From Owenia fusiformis (lineage: Eukaryota), in NCBI GenBank assembly GCA_903813345.2, contig CAIIXF020000001.1, forward strand, positions 46,934,001 to 46,998,000: a stretch of 64,000 nt of DNA. The letters are read 5' to 3'. Positions 14,088 to 28,339 of the stretch are shown here, one piece after another; within the stretch, counting starts at the first letter, position 1, and every line of letters starts with the position of its first letter. A program made the translations under genes and the position numbers. The notes below the pieces were generated by a model. The model saw only the letters and a list, made by a program, of their open reading frames with translations. It was not told where the DNA came from and did no database searches.

Positions 14088-15273
14088 TGGGAATTCAAGA
14101 CACGAAGTGGGAAGTGCACACTAACCAGACAATGTTAATCCAATGGGCCATCGTACGAATTTGAACTTATATATTTCTCGATCCAAGATTTCAGAAAATC
14201 AACCATGTACGTATATACCATGTTAAAGAACAATATGTCCACAACCAGTGATAAAAACATCAATGTAGCAATGGCAGCGCGCAAACTTTGGGTAGACGTT
14301 GTCATACCGGATGTCCAACAAACGTCTCTGGAACACAAAGGTATTCGAATGATCTTTGATTGGACATCATGGTGCAATCGTATTCTTACTAAGTGGCTCA
14401 ACAATGAATAAAAGAGGTTAAAGGCCCCGTTCAGGGACAATTCTTCAAGTTAAACAAACAAAATAGGCGACATCAATAATAACTTTGACATTTTATAAGG
14501 ACGAGTGATAACTGGTGTATTGTTGAAAGATGGCATACTAACCTGTGACGCCATTTTTGTTTTAAAAGTCCTAGATACCTTGCTTATGATCTTATATTCT
14601 GGCGATAAAAGTGAATTCCACACTCTTGATTATGGCCATTATGGGAATAAACGCAACATCATTTCTGCTAAAATGATTTACAGTTTTATCTATGAGAAAT
14701 AAACTTGAAAATTGCAAAAATGGTTAATAAAGGAAACGTGTAACACACTGTGGCTAGTCGATCTATGTGGATGCAGTCATTTATATGTAATGTATCGTGG
14801 GTACTCGCGTACGTTATAGGGAATGGGTTCATTGCAAAAATATGACAGCAAATCGAGGTAAGTGATCTCAGAGTTTCTACTTAACATTGTGACTTGAAAT
14901 CTTGCACACATATTCAATATACATAGTATGACAATGTGTGAAAAGTTCAGCTACCATATTCCTGTTATAGGGAAGATATTTGAAAAACATTTCATAAACG
15001 TCAACATATATGTATAAAATGGATGCACCTATGTATCATTTGGATTCAGAACGGTAACAAATGGATGCTTTAATAAATTATACTTTTATCATGATGATTT
15101 ATTTACTGATGGACAACTGGCCAGATTTTCTTTGTATCCATTGTTTGGATAAACATTCCTCATTCAGTAAAGTAATTAGCCACCCCATTACAAGTAGTCT
15201 AAAGGCACCCTCATGAAAAATTGAAAATACTATATATAAACCCATCAACTGGAAAATGCCATTACAGATTAAA

Positions 15274-16331
15274 TAAAGGACCCACGGTCCTGTGCTCACA
15301 CAGTGTAGAACCTACAGAGGAAGGAATGTATATCCTGATTTACAAACAAAAGTATTGGCAAATATGAGATCAATTAAATATGAGTCCTTTGTTGTTGGTT
15401 CAGATATGATTTGTTGTAGTCAAAAGAAAAACTATGAATTTGACCTAGATTTTGACCTAGGCCTTTTAGTGTTCAAATTTTGAAGGAAAGTAGATTTTGA
15501 GAGACGGCTTCTATTGTAGATTCTTATTAAGTTGGCTGCATCCAAGCTGTATCTAGTGTTGTGTTGTTACAATTGATAATTTTCTCAAGCCCCATTGACT
15601 TAACATGGGATACCAAAATAGCGATTTTTGAGATTTCAAAATGCCATAACTTCCGAACCGGAAGTCGGATCAAAATTTGGTTTGCAGATTCGGATTCCTT
15701 GGACAATTTTACACATATTTCATAACTATACATTGAATTCCAAGAACTTTTTATTGTGACCTACATTTCGGATGCCATATCTCAAAAACGGTAAGAGTGA
15801 TCAAAAACAACTTGCCTGTAGGGATTAGCTTTTTCCCAAGGAACATGATTAAAAATAACGGAGCAAAAATATTCAAGGACGACTGAGAAAATTGAAAAAA
15901 TGACTGGATTTGACCTAGTTCTTGACCTTTGACCTGGTTTAAACCTGATTACACCCAGATCTGGACTTGGACCTGAACTGGACCTTGACCTGGACTTGGA
16001 CCTGGAAATGGACTGGACTGGTATTTTTTCAATCTTTTCTTCACTTCTCTTGACTTTCTATAAGGCTGTCATCAGATCGATTTTTCTCGAAATTTAAAAA
16101 TCAGCAATTTCTCGGAAACCGGGCGAACTTGGGAAATGGCGATGATAGGTCAAATAGACATTATGGATATGCATAAAATGAATGTGGAAATGACTCAATC
16201 CGAATAGCAGTTTTAATTTGTGCAACCAATGTTGACAGACGGACGGACCAACGGACGGACGGACGGACGGACGGACGGACCAACGGACGGACGCCTGGTC
16301 GATCCCATAGTCTCACTGTGTGAGCCAAAAA
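15274..16331 (-). mobile_element. Helentron-associated non-autonomous element (HINE/DINE-like)
   Basis: On the minus strand: 5' TTTTTGGCTCAC subTIR, (CCGT)n microsatellite at ~16236-16292, 3' GTGAGC subTIR, then the hairpin AGGACCGTGGGTCCT and a T-run. Confidence 0.7.
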
Positions 16332-18775
16332 CTATGGTTTTATCGCTGATACTGTTAATTTGAAAAACGGGTCCATAACATGTAATGATGACAATGAAAA
16401 TGTTGAAATTGGGTACGCTAATGAAGTGAATTCAGAGCAAAAGACCCATCGACCCACTGGAATACCCACAAATCAAGTTTCATAGCCTTGCCAAAGTCGG
16501 TCTATTTTACTTATCTTGATTTCTATTATGACTACCTTGTACCCAAGAGAAAGCCATGTGCTTTACCGACCCAATGTTTTTGTCGGTAAAATTTGACAAA
16601 TCAACGACTGCCCTACATTGCCTGACTAGGTCTTCGTGCATTCCCATCGCGAATTCAGTTTTGATTTTGAATCAACATTGAATTGCATGATTTCATTTAG
16701 ACGAGTATTAATGACTGCTTACATTCCAATGTACATTTAATAACATAATATATTGTAACTCTCAAGAAACACTCGATCAGATAATTGAATTTCAAGTCCT
16801 AGATGGGTAGTTTGCTTTTTTTATGCAGGTCAACCCGATAACGTTTTGATTGGTCAATCAGCCTGAAGTCAAACGTTGTGTCCATGTCCATATTGTCAAT
16901 CAATATGGTTTTGCGATACCCTTAGGTAGCCTAGGTATTATGGGAATCTCGGAACCGCTGAATAAGTTAGCATAATATCAGCGATGATACATTGGATTGT
17001 ACAAGGTGGTAATAATTCAAGATCAGATAAGTAAATAAATACCGACTTGGGCAAGGCTACCAGTTTCAGAGCCATTAACATTCCTTGAAGGTGACAATGA
17101 GCAGCCAACAGATGGACCATCCGTAAATCTTGATGATTTTGTCAGCTCAGCTGAACGAGCCTCCAGATTCCTTGAAACAAATGACCATCATTCAAGAATA
17201 GTATTATCTATTTACAATTTTTTGAAATCGTGGTAAGTGGAATTTTTCCAATTACCAATATAGCATTATTATTGTTTTCGGACACTGTGGATTGAAATAT
17301 TAAAAATACACACATTCAAAATGATTCAATTGAAACCTAGCCAGTCTGTTCAATGAATCCAATCAGAACGTCTACTAATCCACATGATACATCATAATTA
17401 AATTGCTTTTTTAAAGCTGATATTTCATACCATAACTCCAAAAATATTATAGAACGCATTGTATTTGTATTTTACTTCACACAGACATATTTGTGTATGT
17501 GAAATAATTATATTACTTGAATTTTTTATTCCCCATTACAAGGTAAACCTATGGCAAATTATACATACCTTCTCACAGCTATGAGCGAGATGATAAAACT
17601 GGTCGAGTGAACTCGTTTGAGTTATCTATTCTCCGTAAAAATATCAGAGAATGTGTGTTTATAGCGTAGCTTTGGTTTTGTAAATCAATGAAGTATGATA
17701 TACACGGATGAGTAAATATCGATTATTTAAACAGAAGTGCAAAATTCTTCCATTGAAAAGTACAGAGGCGGGTACTCACGAAACATTACATGTGCCTGAC
17801 TGCATCCACATAGATCGACTAGCCACAGTGTAACAAGGGAATGCATTAACCTTGTACAAAAAACTGTAAATAGTAGCAATAATGATTAGCCAAGTACACG
17901 TATATGCGTATGCACTATGCAGGTCGAAATGTTGTAACCTTAATGACAAAATATATGGGAATTTCAAGGTTTTAAGCTAATAGATAAATCAACCTACAAT
18001 CAAATGCCACGTTAATGTAGTTTATGGGTAAAGGGCTAGTGTTTTTATACATCATGAGGACTAATTCGACCTTGATATTGTATAGAATATGTAGAACCGA
18101 AGTTCAATACTTGGGCATACTTTGTAACGGATCAACAAATCACATGAGTGAGTGTTACGCGTGACGCCGTCTTTTTAACGTTTTGACCAAGAAGAACGCT
18201 CTAAAATGCATATGGTGTTTAAAATAACATGCCCCAGATTGAACTTAATTCGGTTCGTAACATTTTATATGCTTCGTTTCACTCTCCTATAAATAGTGTT
18301 AAAGGAATCTAAAAGGATATATGGTGTGTTTAAAAAATCACAAATTGCATTACAATCTTATTTGATATGTTTATTTCCTGAAAAAAAAGAATTGAGAATA
18401 TGATTGAATATATAGAAAATTCAAGATGCAAAAATCGAAACGCATTAGAATTTAGAACTTTTGACAGATAACACTAGGAATCGAAGCATTATCCTGAAAT
18501 AAAGACAGAACTGTATACATGTAAAAACGTCTATGTTATATTTAAAATTACATTATATTCTTTGTAAAATATACATGGTTATACCTTTGCCCTATAATTC
18601 TTGAAATACTGCTACTATATACTACGAATACGTATGTTAATTATGTTTAAACTTAAACAAAAAGCCATTAATACTTTCTTTTATGACAATCTATATCCGA
18701 AAAAGTAATTTTGAGCGATGCTCTAAACTTTACAGAACATTGTTGATATACATTTACATTGGATTTACAATCCAG

Positions 18776-19383
18776 GGGGTCATTAACAGAACTTTCGCAA
18801 AGTTACGAATTTGTAATTCGTAACTTTATGAAATTCGTAAATATTTAAAAAGTAACGAATGACTTACGAATTCGTAAAGTTACGAATTGGCCATTAACAG
18901 AACACTTTCGTAAGTCATTCATAAGTTTTATCGTTCGTAAACGAAATTCAAATTGTGACGTCATCTTATATCATTATTTAGCACAAATAGAAATATGATG
19001 TCATTTGATATCATTGCGCGCTGTGATTAAACCTGTCTCTGCGAATTCAAAGATTCCCAACTAAGGAACATATTTGCTTATCATGTAAGAATAGGTGGAT
19101 ATTTTAGCTTGAAACTTAGCATACATATAAAGAACAATCTCCTTTTGCCAACCTGTATACCTTACATAAGAACTGGATGAGAAATATGCCATTCGCAAAG
19201 TTATGAAAGGGTCTGAGGTGTTATTAAAGTTACGAACGAAAGCATACGTGACGTCATTTTTTCGTAACTTTGCGAATCGTTCGTAACTTTACGAAAGTTC
19301 TGTTAATGCACATTTATCAAATTCGTAAAATTAACAATTGACTTGCGAATTCGTAACTTTGCGAAAATTCTGTTAATGACCCC
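18776..19383. mobile_element. PIF/Harbinger-like MITE
   Basis: TIRs GGGGTCATTAACAGAA...TTCTGTTAATGACCCC with a 3-bp CAG duplication on both flanks; interior built of repeated TTACGAA/TTCGTAA motifs. Confidence 0.7.
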
Positions 19384-19559
19384 CAGGTGATTAACATTTT
19401 AGAAAGTACGGTTGAGCATTATCTTTAACAGCGTAACTTGTTGCAATATTCAGGTTTCACAAAATCTATAAAAGTCAGTGCATGATGAGCATATTCTTCA
19501 CCGAACACCATCCAACACTACTCGAGTAAAATTAAAAAAGACCCACAATGGGCATTAGA

Positions 19560-20420
19560 AAAGGGATATAATACCATTTGAATCTCTTCATACATGTATA
19601 TCATTCGTGAAATTGGAACTCGGTGTTACAGAAAGGCCAACAATGAGGCAACACGAAGCGATTTAGGTATGTTTTCAGTATTTATTTCATTGTTTTACCA
19701 ACAAATAAAATATCTTAATCATATTAATGATAGAGGAACAGACTCGTTTCTACGCGAAGCCCTTGAGGTAAATACACGCAAAAAATAAAGAAAATACTGG
19801 GAAATAGATACATGCAATTTTGGGAAATTAAAATAAAATCAAATAATGATAAATTAAGGTTTTATAATATAATAAAAGCAAAATGGAACAAGCAACCCTA
19901 CTTGGGTTTAATCAAAAATGAAATAGACAGAAATAATTTGACAAAGCTAAGATTTAGCGCACATAAATTAGAAATCGAAACAGGTCGTTACACAAAACCG
20001 ATTACCCCTATTGAAGAAAGAAAATGTCTAATGTGTAACAAGAAAACCGGTTGAGAATGCCGTTTCCTATTTGAATGCAATAAGTTAAAAGATTTTCGGT
20101 AAAGATACATGGATAATATAAAAAAACACAGTTAAAATTGAGAAAACATGAACATCTTGGAACATAAATTAATGTCTCTATTTAATTCAGAGGGGATAAT
20201 ATTAATCTTTAAATATACTCGCAAAATATATATCAAATATCGAGAGATAAAACCACGCAATGCATCCAATAAAATCTTGCAATGATCAAGCACCCCTTAG
20301 TTAGTTAATATGTATAATTAGTTAAGCTTTTTCAATTTATTTATTTCTGTATAAGCTGTACAACTTGCCCAAAGTGGGGATACAAGTATAACAGTATAAT
20401 AAAGCTCATAATAATAATAA
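19560..20420 (+). mobile_element. Degraded 3' end of a non-LTR retrotransposon (LINE ORF2 C-terminus)
   Basis: Peptide KLRFY..IK....YL..I....R..LTKLRFSAHKLEIETGRY....ERKCLMC is typical of LINE ORF2 C-termini. The frame is broken and it ends with AATAAA and a (TAA)n tail near 20400-20420. Confidence 0.7.
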
Positions 20421-20577
20421 GAAGAATATGTGCACCAATCCCCCACGTGTCCTGTCAAGTCATGTTGGGTTCCGAGGAGTCACAGATACGAGAAGTTTAT
20501 AGGTTATGTTATTTGTCGGAGATTACATCGTGACGCACATTAGATGTACGTTTGGTTAAATTGTGATTTTTCTCCGT

Positions 20578-23500
20578 TTAATTCCCGGATTCAATGGCAC
20601 TGCAAATCTCTTTGATGGCTAGTTTCAACTTTATGGCAGGTCCTATTTTTGACCCTAATAACTTGACCAGGTGATCTTCATTCAGATGCATCAGAGTAGC
20701 ACCATCGATGGAGTGGTTTATAAATTCCTGGAAAATTAAACCGTGTCATTAGCATTATTCACACAATAATATATTTACAATACCTTACAACAGAGCATAA
20801 TCAATAAGGCAACAAACTGTTATACAAGAATGAAAGTAGTATTCATGGCCATTATCAATTACTTTGAAATTCACATAAATGCTAATTTCTAATAGAGTAG
20901 GAATAATTCCCATGGCTGCGTTATGTTACGCGTTATGTTAGCATCGATACATTGATTTCAGTGAATACCAGAAAGTCACCTCATATTCGGAATATGCCAT
21001 ACTCAACTGCGGAATGTGTCATACTACACTTGCGGAATATGCCATATACAGGTGAAAACGCGATACAGCAAGCCTCGATTTGATTGGTCAAAAGAATCGA
21101 CTCTAAATGTAAAACAACGCATATACATTGCCAATACAACAATTCATGAATACTCGTGATTTTATAGGTTTTATCTGGTCTTTGTCAACTGTTTATTTGG
21201 TTAAAAAAGTCACTCATAAGCTCCATGGACGTAGGTTCGTTTATTTATGCGTAATGATGTTTCTCTTGAAGTGTATATTTGCGTGTTACACAATAAAAGA
21301 ACATCAAACAACAGAGCTACCGCTGATGTATGTTATTCATTCTATTGGCTGATATATTCAAACCACTGACCTGTTGATTCAGTAATCATGGTAATAATCT
21401 ATAAACCTTTGCCCGTTCGTTCAATCGATGTAATTGAAAATTGCGTACTTCCGTATTGCGTTCTCATTGGTTAGTGAGTATGCCATATACCGCAGGTGAA
21501 TCTGTCATACATCGCAAGTGAATATGGCATATTCGTTGCTGAATATGATACATATTTGTATCGTGTTTACCGCGTAACACGTTCTATTACATTCGAGTGT
21601 TATTACTATAAATTTTGAAATTCATATCTTGGAAATTTAAGACAAATTTTATCCCGAAGAACATGAACGAGAAAAAGCGTGCATAAATGACACTATAGAC
21701 CAGGAAAGTCGTAAAAAGCAATACATGTTACTGTATACGGTTCAAAGTTTTAAAGTGACATACTTGTATTGAGTTATAAGTGGAAATATCAAATAGTGAT
21801 TCATTCTACCTGTAGTGCCTTTGAAATAATTTCAATGGAGAATGAAAGCCGACCTATAAATGAACTTAAATGAAAAACTATCTATAAGTAGAAAAAAGCA
21901 AACACTGTGTGGCTTTCGAATACAACATTATTAGAAGACATTTAAATACGAAAACAACATAAGCACTGTTCCACAACTAATTACTTTGACGGAACTGTAA
22001 CAAAATGGATGAACTTCCTGGATACGAGTTCTTTGTTTTCTCGATTTAAACTTATAAACTTATACTTAAACGTATAAGTCATGTTGCGGATTATCATTTG
22101 GCACATAGACAATATAGTCTTGCTCTTAGAAATGCTCTCGGTTTGGAATTTGATTTTTAAATAAAGCTGTAATGCATGCATTTAGACCATCGCTTTTGTT
22201 ACATTGACGTAAGTCGTCAAAGTAACCTGCATTGGTAATATAACCAAGTTTCGTCAATGTAACAAAAGCATGAAGGTAAATATATGAATTGCAACTTCAT
22301 TTACAAAACAAATTCCGAATCGAAGAAACGTATTAAAACTATAGACTATATTTTCTTGCTCTGTGAAAAATTGTAATCTGCAACTTTACTAAGTAGGTTT
22401 AAATCGAGAAAACAAAAATCTCGTAACCAGGAAGTTCATCCATTTTGTTACATCGACGTCAGAGTAACTAGTTGTGGAACAGTGATAAGGTACATGTACA
22501 TGTATCATTGTGGAAAGTTGCTTGATTAAATAGATAAACGTAAGGGACGTCGGATGCGAGACTTAATAAAATCATGAAACTGGCATTATGACAGAGTACT
22601 GTTACTTACATCCATATCACACTGATATTAATTTTATTAATACTTATCTGCTGATTTTGTAAATTAATTAGTTGATCAAATGCATAAATGGTACTACATA
22701 ATATACCTGAGCATATGGGCTGCAGAGAGGAACAGATGCCACAAATCTATAAACTTGATCATAATTCCACTTATTCATCGGAATGATTGAAGTAGTTTTT
22801 GAGCTTTCTTTCAATACACTGTTCTCAGTTGATGTTTTTACTTTCACGGTCAGATCTAAGGGCTTTTCTGGAATCGCGGAAGGTTTAACACTCGTAGGTC
22901 CAAACATGGTTGGTTGTAGTTGAGGAGGCACTTTTTGTTTCATAGCAGTTTGGGGTTGATATGGTTGTGTTTGTTTGACGCCCTGAATTCCTGTCCCTGC
23001 GACCTCTCCATTGTTTGGTGTTTCATGTTGAGCTCTGATTGCATAGTCCTTGCAGTTCCGAACACATGCAGAGAGGCGTATCACTTCTTCTTCTGACCAT
23101 TTTATTTGCTCCAAAATAGGCATCGTGTTAAGCGATGAATTGTTCTCAGGAACTGGTCCTCTACTGTTCATATTGGCCAACAACATCTTAAAATTTTTCG
23201 TATCAAACAGAGCTATCTGTAGGTTCTTCACAAAAAATGAGAGGTACATTAGTCTCTGTTCTATACTGGTTAGATTTTCAATCAAATCAAACGGACAATT
23301 TGCCTTATTGGGAAGATTTGGTCGTTCTGCATCCTCTCGCTTGTATGATTGTTCGACACATTCAACATTTGGAGGGAAGTTACATTGTCCATTTTGTCTT
23401 TGATTTTGAAATGGTTTTTTCTCCGCCTTGATAGGAAAAGTTTGAGTCATTTCACGGAGTGGTTGGAGCCGTGGCTGCTTGTTCGGACTGGCTTGATTAT

Positions 23501-26500
23501 TCTGTACATACATCGGTTTGTACTGACCTTGGAAAGGGGCCGACGTTCTTTGATCTACTGGAAAACGTTCTCCTTGTACTTGAGGAACTTGAAAATATGG
23601 CATCTGTTGCTGAGGATTTGATCTATTATTGTAAAAATGTCCCTGCACAGGAGCACCTCTGAAAGGATGAGCGGTCATTGTTTTTTGTTGTTTCATAGGC
23701 GGCGGTGGTGCAATCCTATGCTGTAGCTGGCCACCCGGCGTGTGATGTATAGTATTCATATCTCCCCACTGACGCATTTCATGGGGAACTACAGCCTCAC
23801 GATTAGCATGGTAGTTCAAAAACTGGGTTGGCTGATCAGTAGTATATTGACTGCTGTTGTCGGCTGCAGTTGGTTCAATGGACTCAGATGCCCTTCTTTT
23901 GTTTGATTCTCTTTTAACAGGTGGAAGTTCTACCTTATCGATATCATCAGTTGACTCTGAGATACAACGCATGATTGCCTGATGAATAATATCCTCGTGT
24001 TGAAGCTGCCGTTTAATTGCAGGTTGTGATCTGGCGTTTAGTGTCGACTCGCTATTGACAGGAGGTTGCCAAGATATACTACGGATGAGTTTACCCGATG
24101 GATCTGTTGTAGGGGTTACCTTTTCGACGGTGATTGAATGCGTTGGAGTTTCCACATGTTTTGTTCGTTCATCGCCATTACCTTTTGTAATCTCTGGTCC
24201 TGGAAAAATAGCATTTTTTGCAAATTTAAACTAAAGCCCTTGAATCTTTTTTATTCGGTGTTTTATTTTCCATATAAATCAAAAGTGAAAACTATCAATC
24301 GCTAATAGGCATCTTGGTCGTTTTTTGATATGAACGATATAAAACATATTAGTTAATTAGTTTTGATAGTGTTAATGGGTAGAGCTTGGGAAGTGCATGG
24401 AATGTCGAGTCAGATGAAGAAGCATAAACTGTAATTTGTGGCCATGGGCTGCACAGACACAGGTAGAGATCAAACAGCACTCTCTGGTAAAAACCGCTGT
24501 TATCATCTGTACATTTTACCGCACGATCCAGTAAAAATCGACAAATTTTGACAAAACGAAGGCTCTATCTTGCAAATCCATCGACCTAACTAATTCTTGA
24601 TAGTATATCCAACCAGCGGAATGTATTTTACATCATTTGTGCTATTTGGGGTCCTTACATATATCTTGGTTGTTCGTGAGACTGCAAACAAATTATTCCA
24701 CCGTCCCAGTTATGTTCGATTTTTCTTGAGTTTTCTTGGATTTGCTGTAATTTGTGTATCCTCACACAAACTCAACGTAAAATGTGATTGCATGTTTTTA
24801 CTGTTAAGATGACCAAAAGTATAGCAATACATATACACACAAACATGTCGCACAAACAAACTTGTCTGAACCGGGAATCGAACCCGGGGCCAAGCGATAT
24901 TGGTAACCTTGACTCTGCCACTGAGTCATGGCGGGTGGACTCTACCACGAGTACGAATTTGGAGAAAATCCAATGAGCAGTTTTCCTAAAATGGCGATAA
25001 CAAGATTTTCCAATAAATTTTCAAAATGGCCACCAGAAAACAATTTGGCCGCCCAAGACTTAATCAGCTTAAGAACTTGATATCCTCTATCATGTGTATG
25101 AATTTGGAGAAAATATATCAAGCGGTTTTCCTGAAATGGCGATGACAAGATTTTCCGAAAAACCTTCTAAATGGCCGCCAGAAAACAAGATGGCCACCCA
25201 AAAGCCAATCAGCTCTAGAACTTGATATCCTTGATCATTTGTGCCAATTTGGTGAATAGGGTAGGTAAATATTATTAATAAACCTTAAACAGATAGGATA
25301 ATATTTGTCAATTATGATTTAGATGCAGTTTTATGACCTACCTGTATGTAATTTTTACCCGAGTGTGTGATTTTTACCGGATCGTGCGGTGAACAGAGAA
25401 GTGAGTGGTTTTTGATCACTACCTTACCTCTGACAAATGTAACAGACACGTGGATTGATTGCATTTACTATTATTAGCCTGTGTCAAATGTCTTTTCTGA
25501 ATCGATAAAAAGTCACTTTTCGTTGATCCTGCTCAAGTTTAATTTTGGAATAGGAAAAAAGACTTATCTAATATTTGTCTAGTGGGAAAACCTTGTCAAA
25601 ATATCTATGTAGAATGTTGATACACAATTTACGATAATCTAAGTGAGGAAATGATGTGTATACTCACAAGTGATATTGCACGAAGCCCGAAGAGCTAGTG
25701 GAATGACATCTTGTGAAAGTGTCAAAGGTATTCATCGAAAATAGAATTAAATATTTGTTTTATTATTCACTGTTATATTCCTCGCTCAAATTAATGGAAT
25801 AATAACAAACTTATGATGTCTAATTGATCATAACAATGTACCCCTTGGTATATATAAAATTAGAATTACGCTGGACTAAGTCGTGGCTGGTGAATATCAC
25901 CTTGATATTCAACGGAAATCACGTGACTTCCGTTGAATATCAATTGTTATTTTTATTCACGTGTAGAGCATGCACGGTGTCCAGCCCAAACGCTCTTACA
26001 TGCACGACGGAGCGTTTCATTTACGCGGAAAAGCTGTGGAGCAAAATAAAATGGCAGCTAATGAAGATCCCACTATGACTGTAAGTATTGTTTCAATCGT
26101 TTCTCTTACATATCATACGATATGATGACATATTATGTATCATTCGATGTACAATACCTTGAGCAAAAATCTTATTTAACTTCTGGTGGTAAACTGTTAT
26201 TTGCTTGATCAAAGCTCCGTAGTGTAGATCGAACGAATCTGAAGTTGACGAATTGACCAAATTACGAATTAAACTAGTATTTATGTGAAGAGCGTTTGGG
26301 TTGGACACCGTGGCATGGATCAATCAGAGATAGAGTAATGAATATGACAGTGATACAATAATTTTATTCTCTAAAATACACATTCAGAAAGAAATAGGTT
26401 ACCATTCAATATTATCACCGAGTTGTCTTGCTCTGGAGAAACATCAGGCTTGTACGATCGGACGTTGGATTCAATGAGGCTGTGGACGAAATTCATCGGA

Positions 26501-27012
26501 TTATGAATATCAGAGGTCAAAGCTTTTCGAACAATATCCAGAGTTTTTTGTGGTTTTTCAGCGGTAGGGGATAGAGCCTGGCATGTCGATACATCTATTG
26601 TATCATCATGTCCTTCTTTAACAAGTTGGGCATGAGATGGTGTAGGTTGTGCACTGTCGTCCACTTTTAATTGCTGCGCCACGACCTCAGCCTCAGACTT
26701 ACTTATATATCCAGTTTGATTGGTAACGCTCGATTTTGACACATCGTTCTCCTCGCTTGATGATTTCTGATTATTCCTATTATTTTCTTCTTTCTGGTTC
26801 ATGTTTTTATTATTAGCATTTCCGTCGACGACACAGTTCTCATTTTTATTAGTAGCAGTTAACTCTTGCGTCTGTTCATTTTGATTTAGTGTTAACATGA
26901 TCTCTGGTGTTAAATTATCTGGGGCACGGTAACTCTCTGTATTATCGCTACCCTTCTGTTTCGAATCTTCACTCGATTTGACAACCAAGACACTGCAGTC
27001 ATCCTCCTCCAT
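20578..27012 (-). CDS. SAM-domain protein (Polyhomeotic/SAMD7/SAMD11-type SAM) with long low-complexity N-terminus; exons 27012-26403, 24199-22707, 20727-20578 (~750 aa)
   Basis: The SAM domain is split across the last intron: KWNYDQVYRFVASVPLCSPYAQ|EFINHSIDGATLMHLNEDHLVKLLGSKIGPAIKLKLAI. PLDLT motif precedes it. Splice phases 1 and 0 are consistent. ATG at 27012 follows an in-frame stop, and an acceptor at ~27194 implies an upstream UTR exon. Extra internal exons cannot be excluded. Confidence 0.82.
21964..22484. mobile_element. CAC-terminated MITE with 5-bp TSD (Transib-like)
   Basis: ~88-bp imperfect TIRs starting CACTGTTCCACAACTA; ATAAG duplicated at 21959-21963 and 22485-22489; central palindrome at ~22190-22270. 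Confidence 0.75.
24864..24933 (-). repeat. tRNA-derived (SINE-like) head, degenerate
   Basis: Minus strand has A-box-like TGACTCAGTGG and B-box GGTTCGATTCC, but no convincing acceptor stem. Confidence 0.4.
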
Positions 27013-27273
27013 ATTGTATCTTTCTATACACTTCAATAGTATGCCATATGATACATGTCACCTATCCACATTAGTGTCATCGACGTATATGAGTATTGTG
27101 TGTCAAGACGACCCTGATCTGCTGCTCGTGAGGATCAATATGAGCAAAGTTTAGTTACAACCTCATGCTCAGGCTCTTCGATCGATAAACACACCTATAA
27201 AAAAGATCATGCAGTATTCGAAAAAGCAGTTTTATTGATATAATGCTATTTTAAGTGTATGGTACAGGATATA

Positions 27274-28160
27274 CAGGGTGGTCCAAAAAAGTGAACCCCT
27301 GCAACAGGCTATATTTTCCTTAATACTTGCATTAATTGCCTCATATTATCACATGTTGTAGGGAAAGGTCTAACATTTTTGTTGAGTACAAAAAAAAAAT
27401 TAACACATCTTCAATTATTGGTCATCTTTTGAATGGTAACATTATAATTTGAAATAGATATATACTTTCATCTATATTGTTTTAGAAAACACATCAAACA
27501 CTTGTTTTGTTCTTGGTATCATGTTTTCAGAGTGAAATGAAACATCTTTCCGAACCTCATTGGAACAAAACGACATAAACACAACATGTTTAGGTCTCTC
27601 AATATTGTAACTGTACAAAGGAAATTTTGGTTGATTTTAAAAAAGTGTCTTGTTAATGAAATAAAAGGTTTATCTTGATTTTTATCTATTTTGGGGATAT
27701 TTTGTTTTAATTTTTTGAATACTTTTTTAAAATCAACCAAAAATTCCTTTGTATAACTATAATATTGAGAGGTCTAAAAACATGTTGTATATGCTATTTT
27801 GTTCCAATAAGGTGCGGAAAGACATCTTATTTCATTCTCAAGAATTTGTAGAAAAGGAGCAAAAACAATTGCATTAAAAATGTTAACAAAAACAGTTATA
27901 TAAAATATTTCTAAATAATTTTCGCATTAAATTGTTGTCAATCAGTCAACATTACATAAAATACCGTGTTTTTTACAGAATGTTTTCAATGATTGGTTTA
28001 AGAGAATAACATTCACCACTCCTTTCAAGACTAAGAAAAATGTATGGTACCAACAAACATTTTAGACATTTCTCTACAACATGTGAACATATGAAAGGAT
28101 TCCTGAAGGTAATAAGGGAAATATGGCCCGTTACAAGGGTTCACTTTTTGGACCACCCTG
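27274..28160. mobile_element. Tc1/mariner-type MITE
   Basis: TIRs CAGGGTGGTCCAAAAA(A)GTGAACCC flanked by TA on both sides; no coding remnant seen. Confidence 0.85.
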
Positions 28161-28339
28161 TATATGATGTTCGTGGTGACGTTCCGTCAAAGTAACTAGT
28201 TGTAGAACAGTGCTTATGCAGCTGGTGATAATTGATATAATAGGCTTGATTCCTGATGCCTGTTGGTATTGGGAATAAATAAAATTAATTGTGTGTGACT
28301 GGCGGCAATGCTTCATTCGCCTTAAATAAACACTCTATA

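Noticed and set aside
14135..14440. ORFs just downstream of the P450 stop
   Set aside because: No recognisable motif or splice context; probably 3' UTR.
17039..17232. Open plus-strand stretch ending in a GTAAGT donor
   Set aside because: In-frame stop immediately upstream, and no clear acceptor, partner exon or recognisable domain.
23050..23662. Plus-strand ORFs
   Set aside because: Antisense shadows of the large SAM-gene exon.
24864..24933. Functional tRNA gene
   Set aside because: A and B boxes are present but there is no proper cloverleaf; treated as a SINE-like remnant. The similar B-box at ~13455 is rejected for the same reason.
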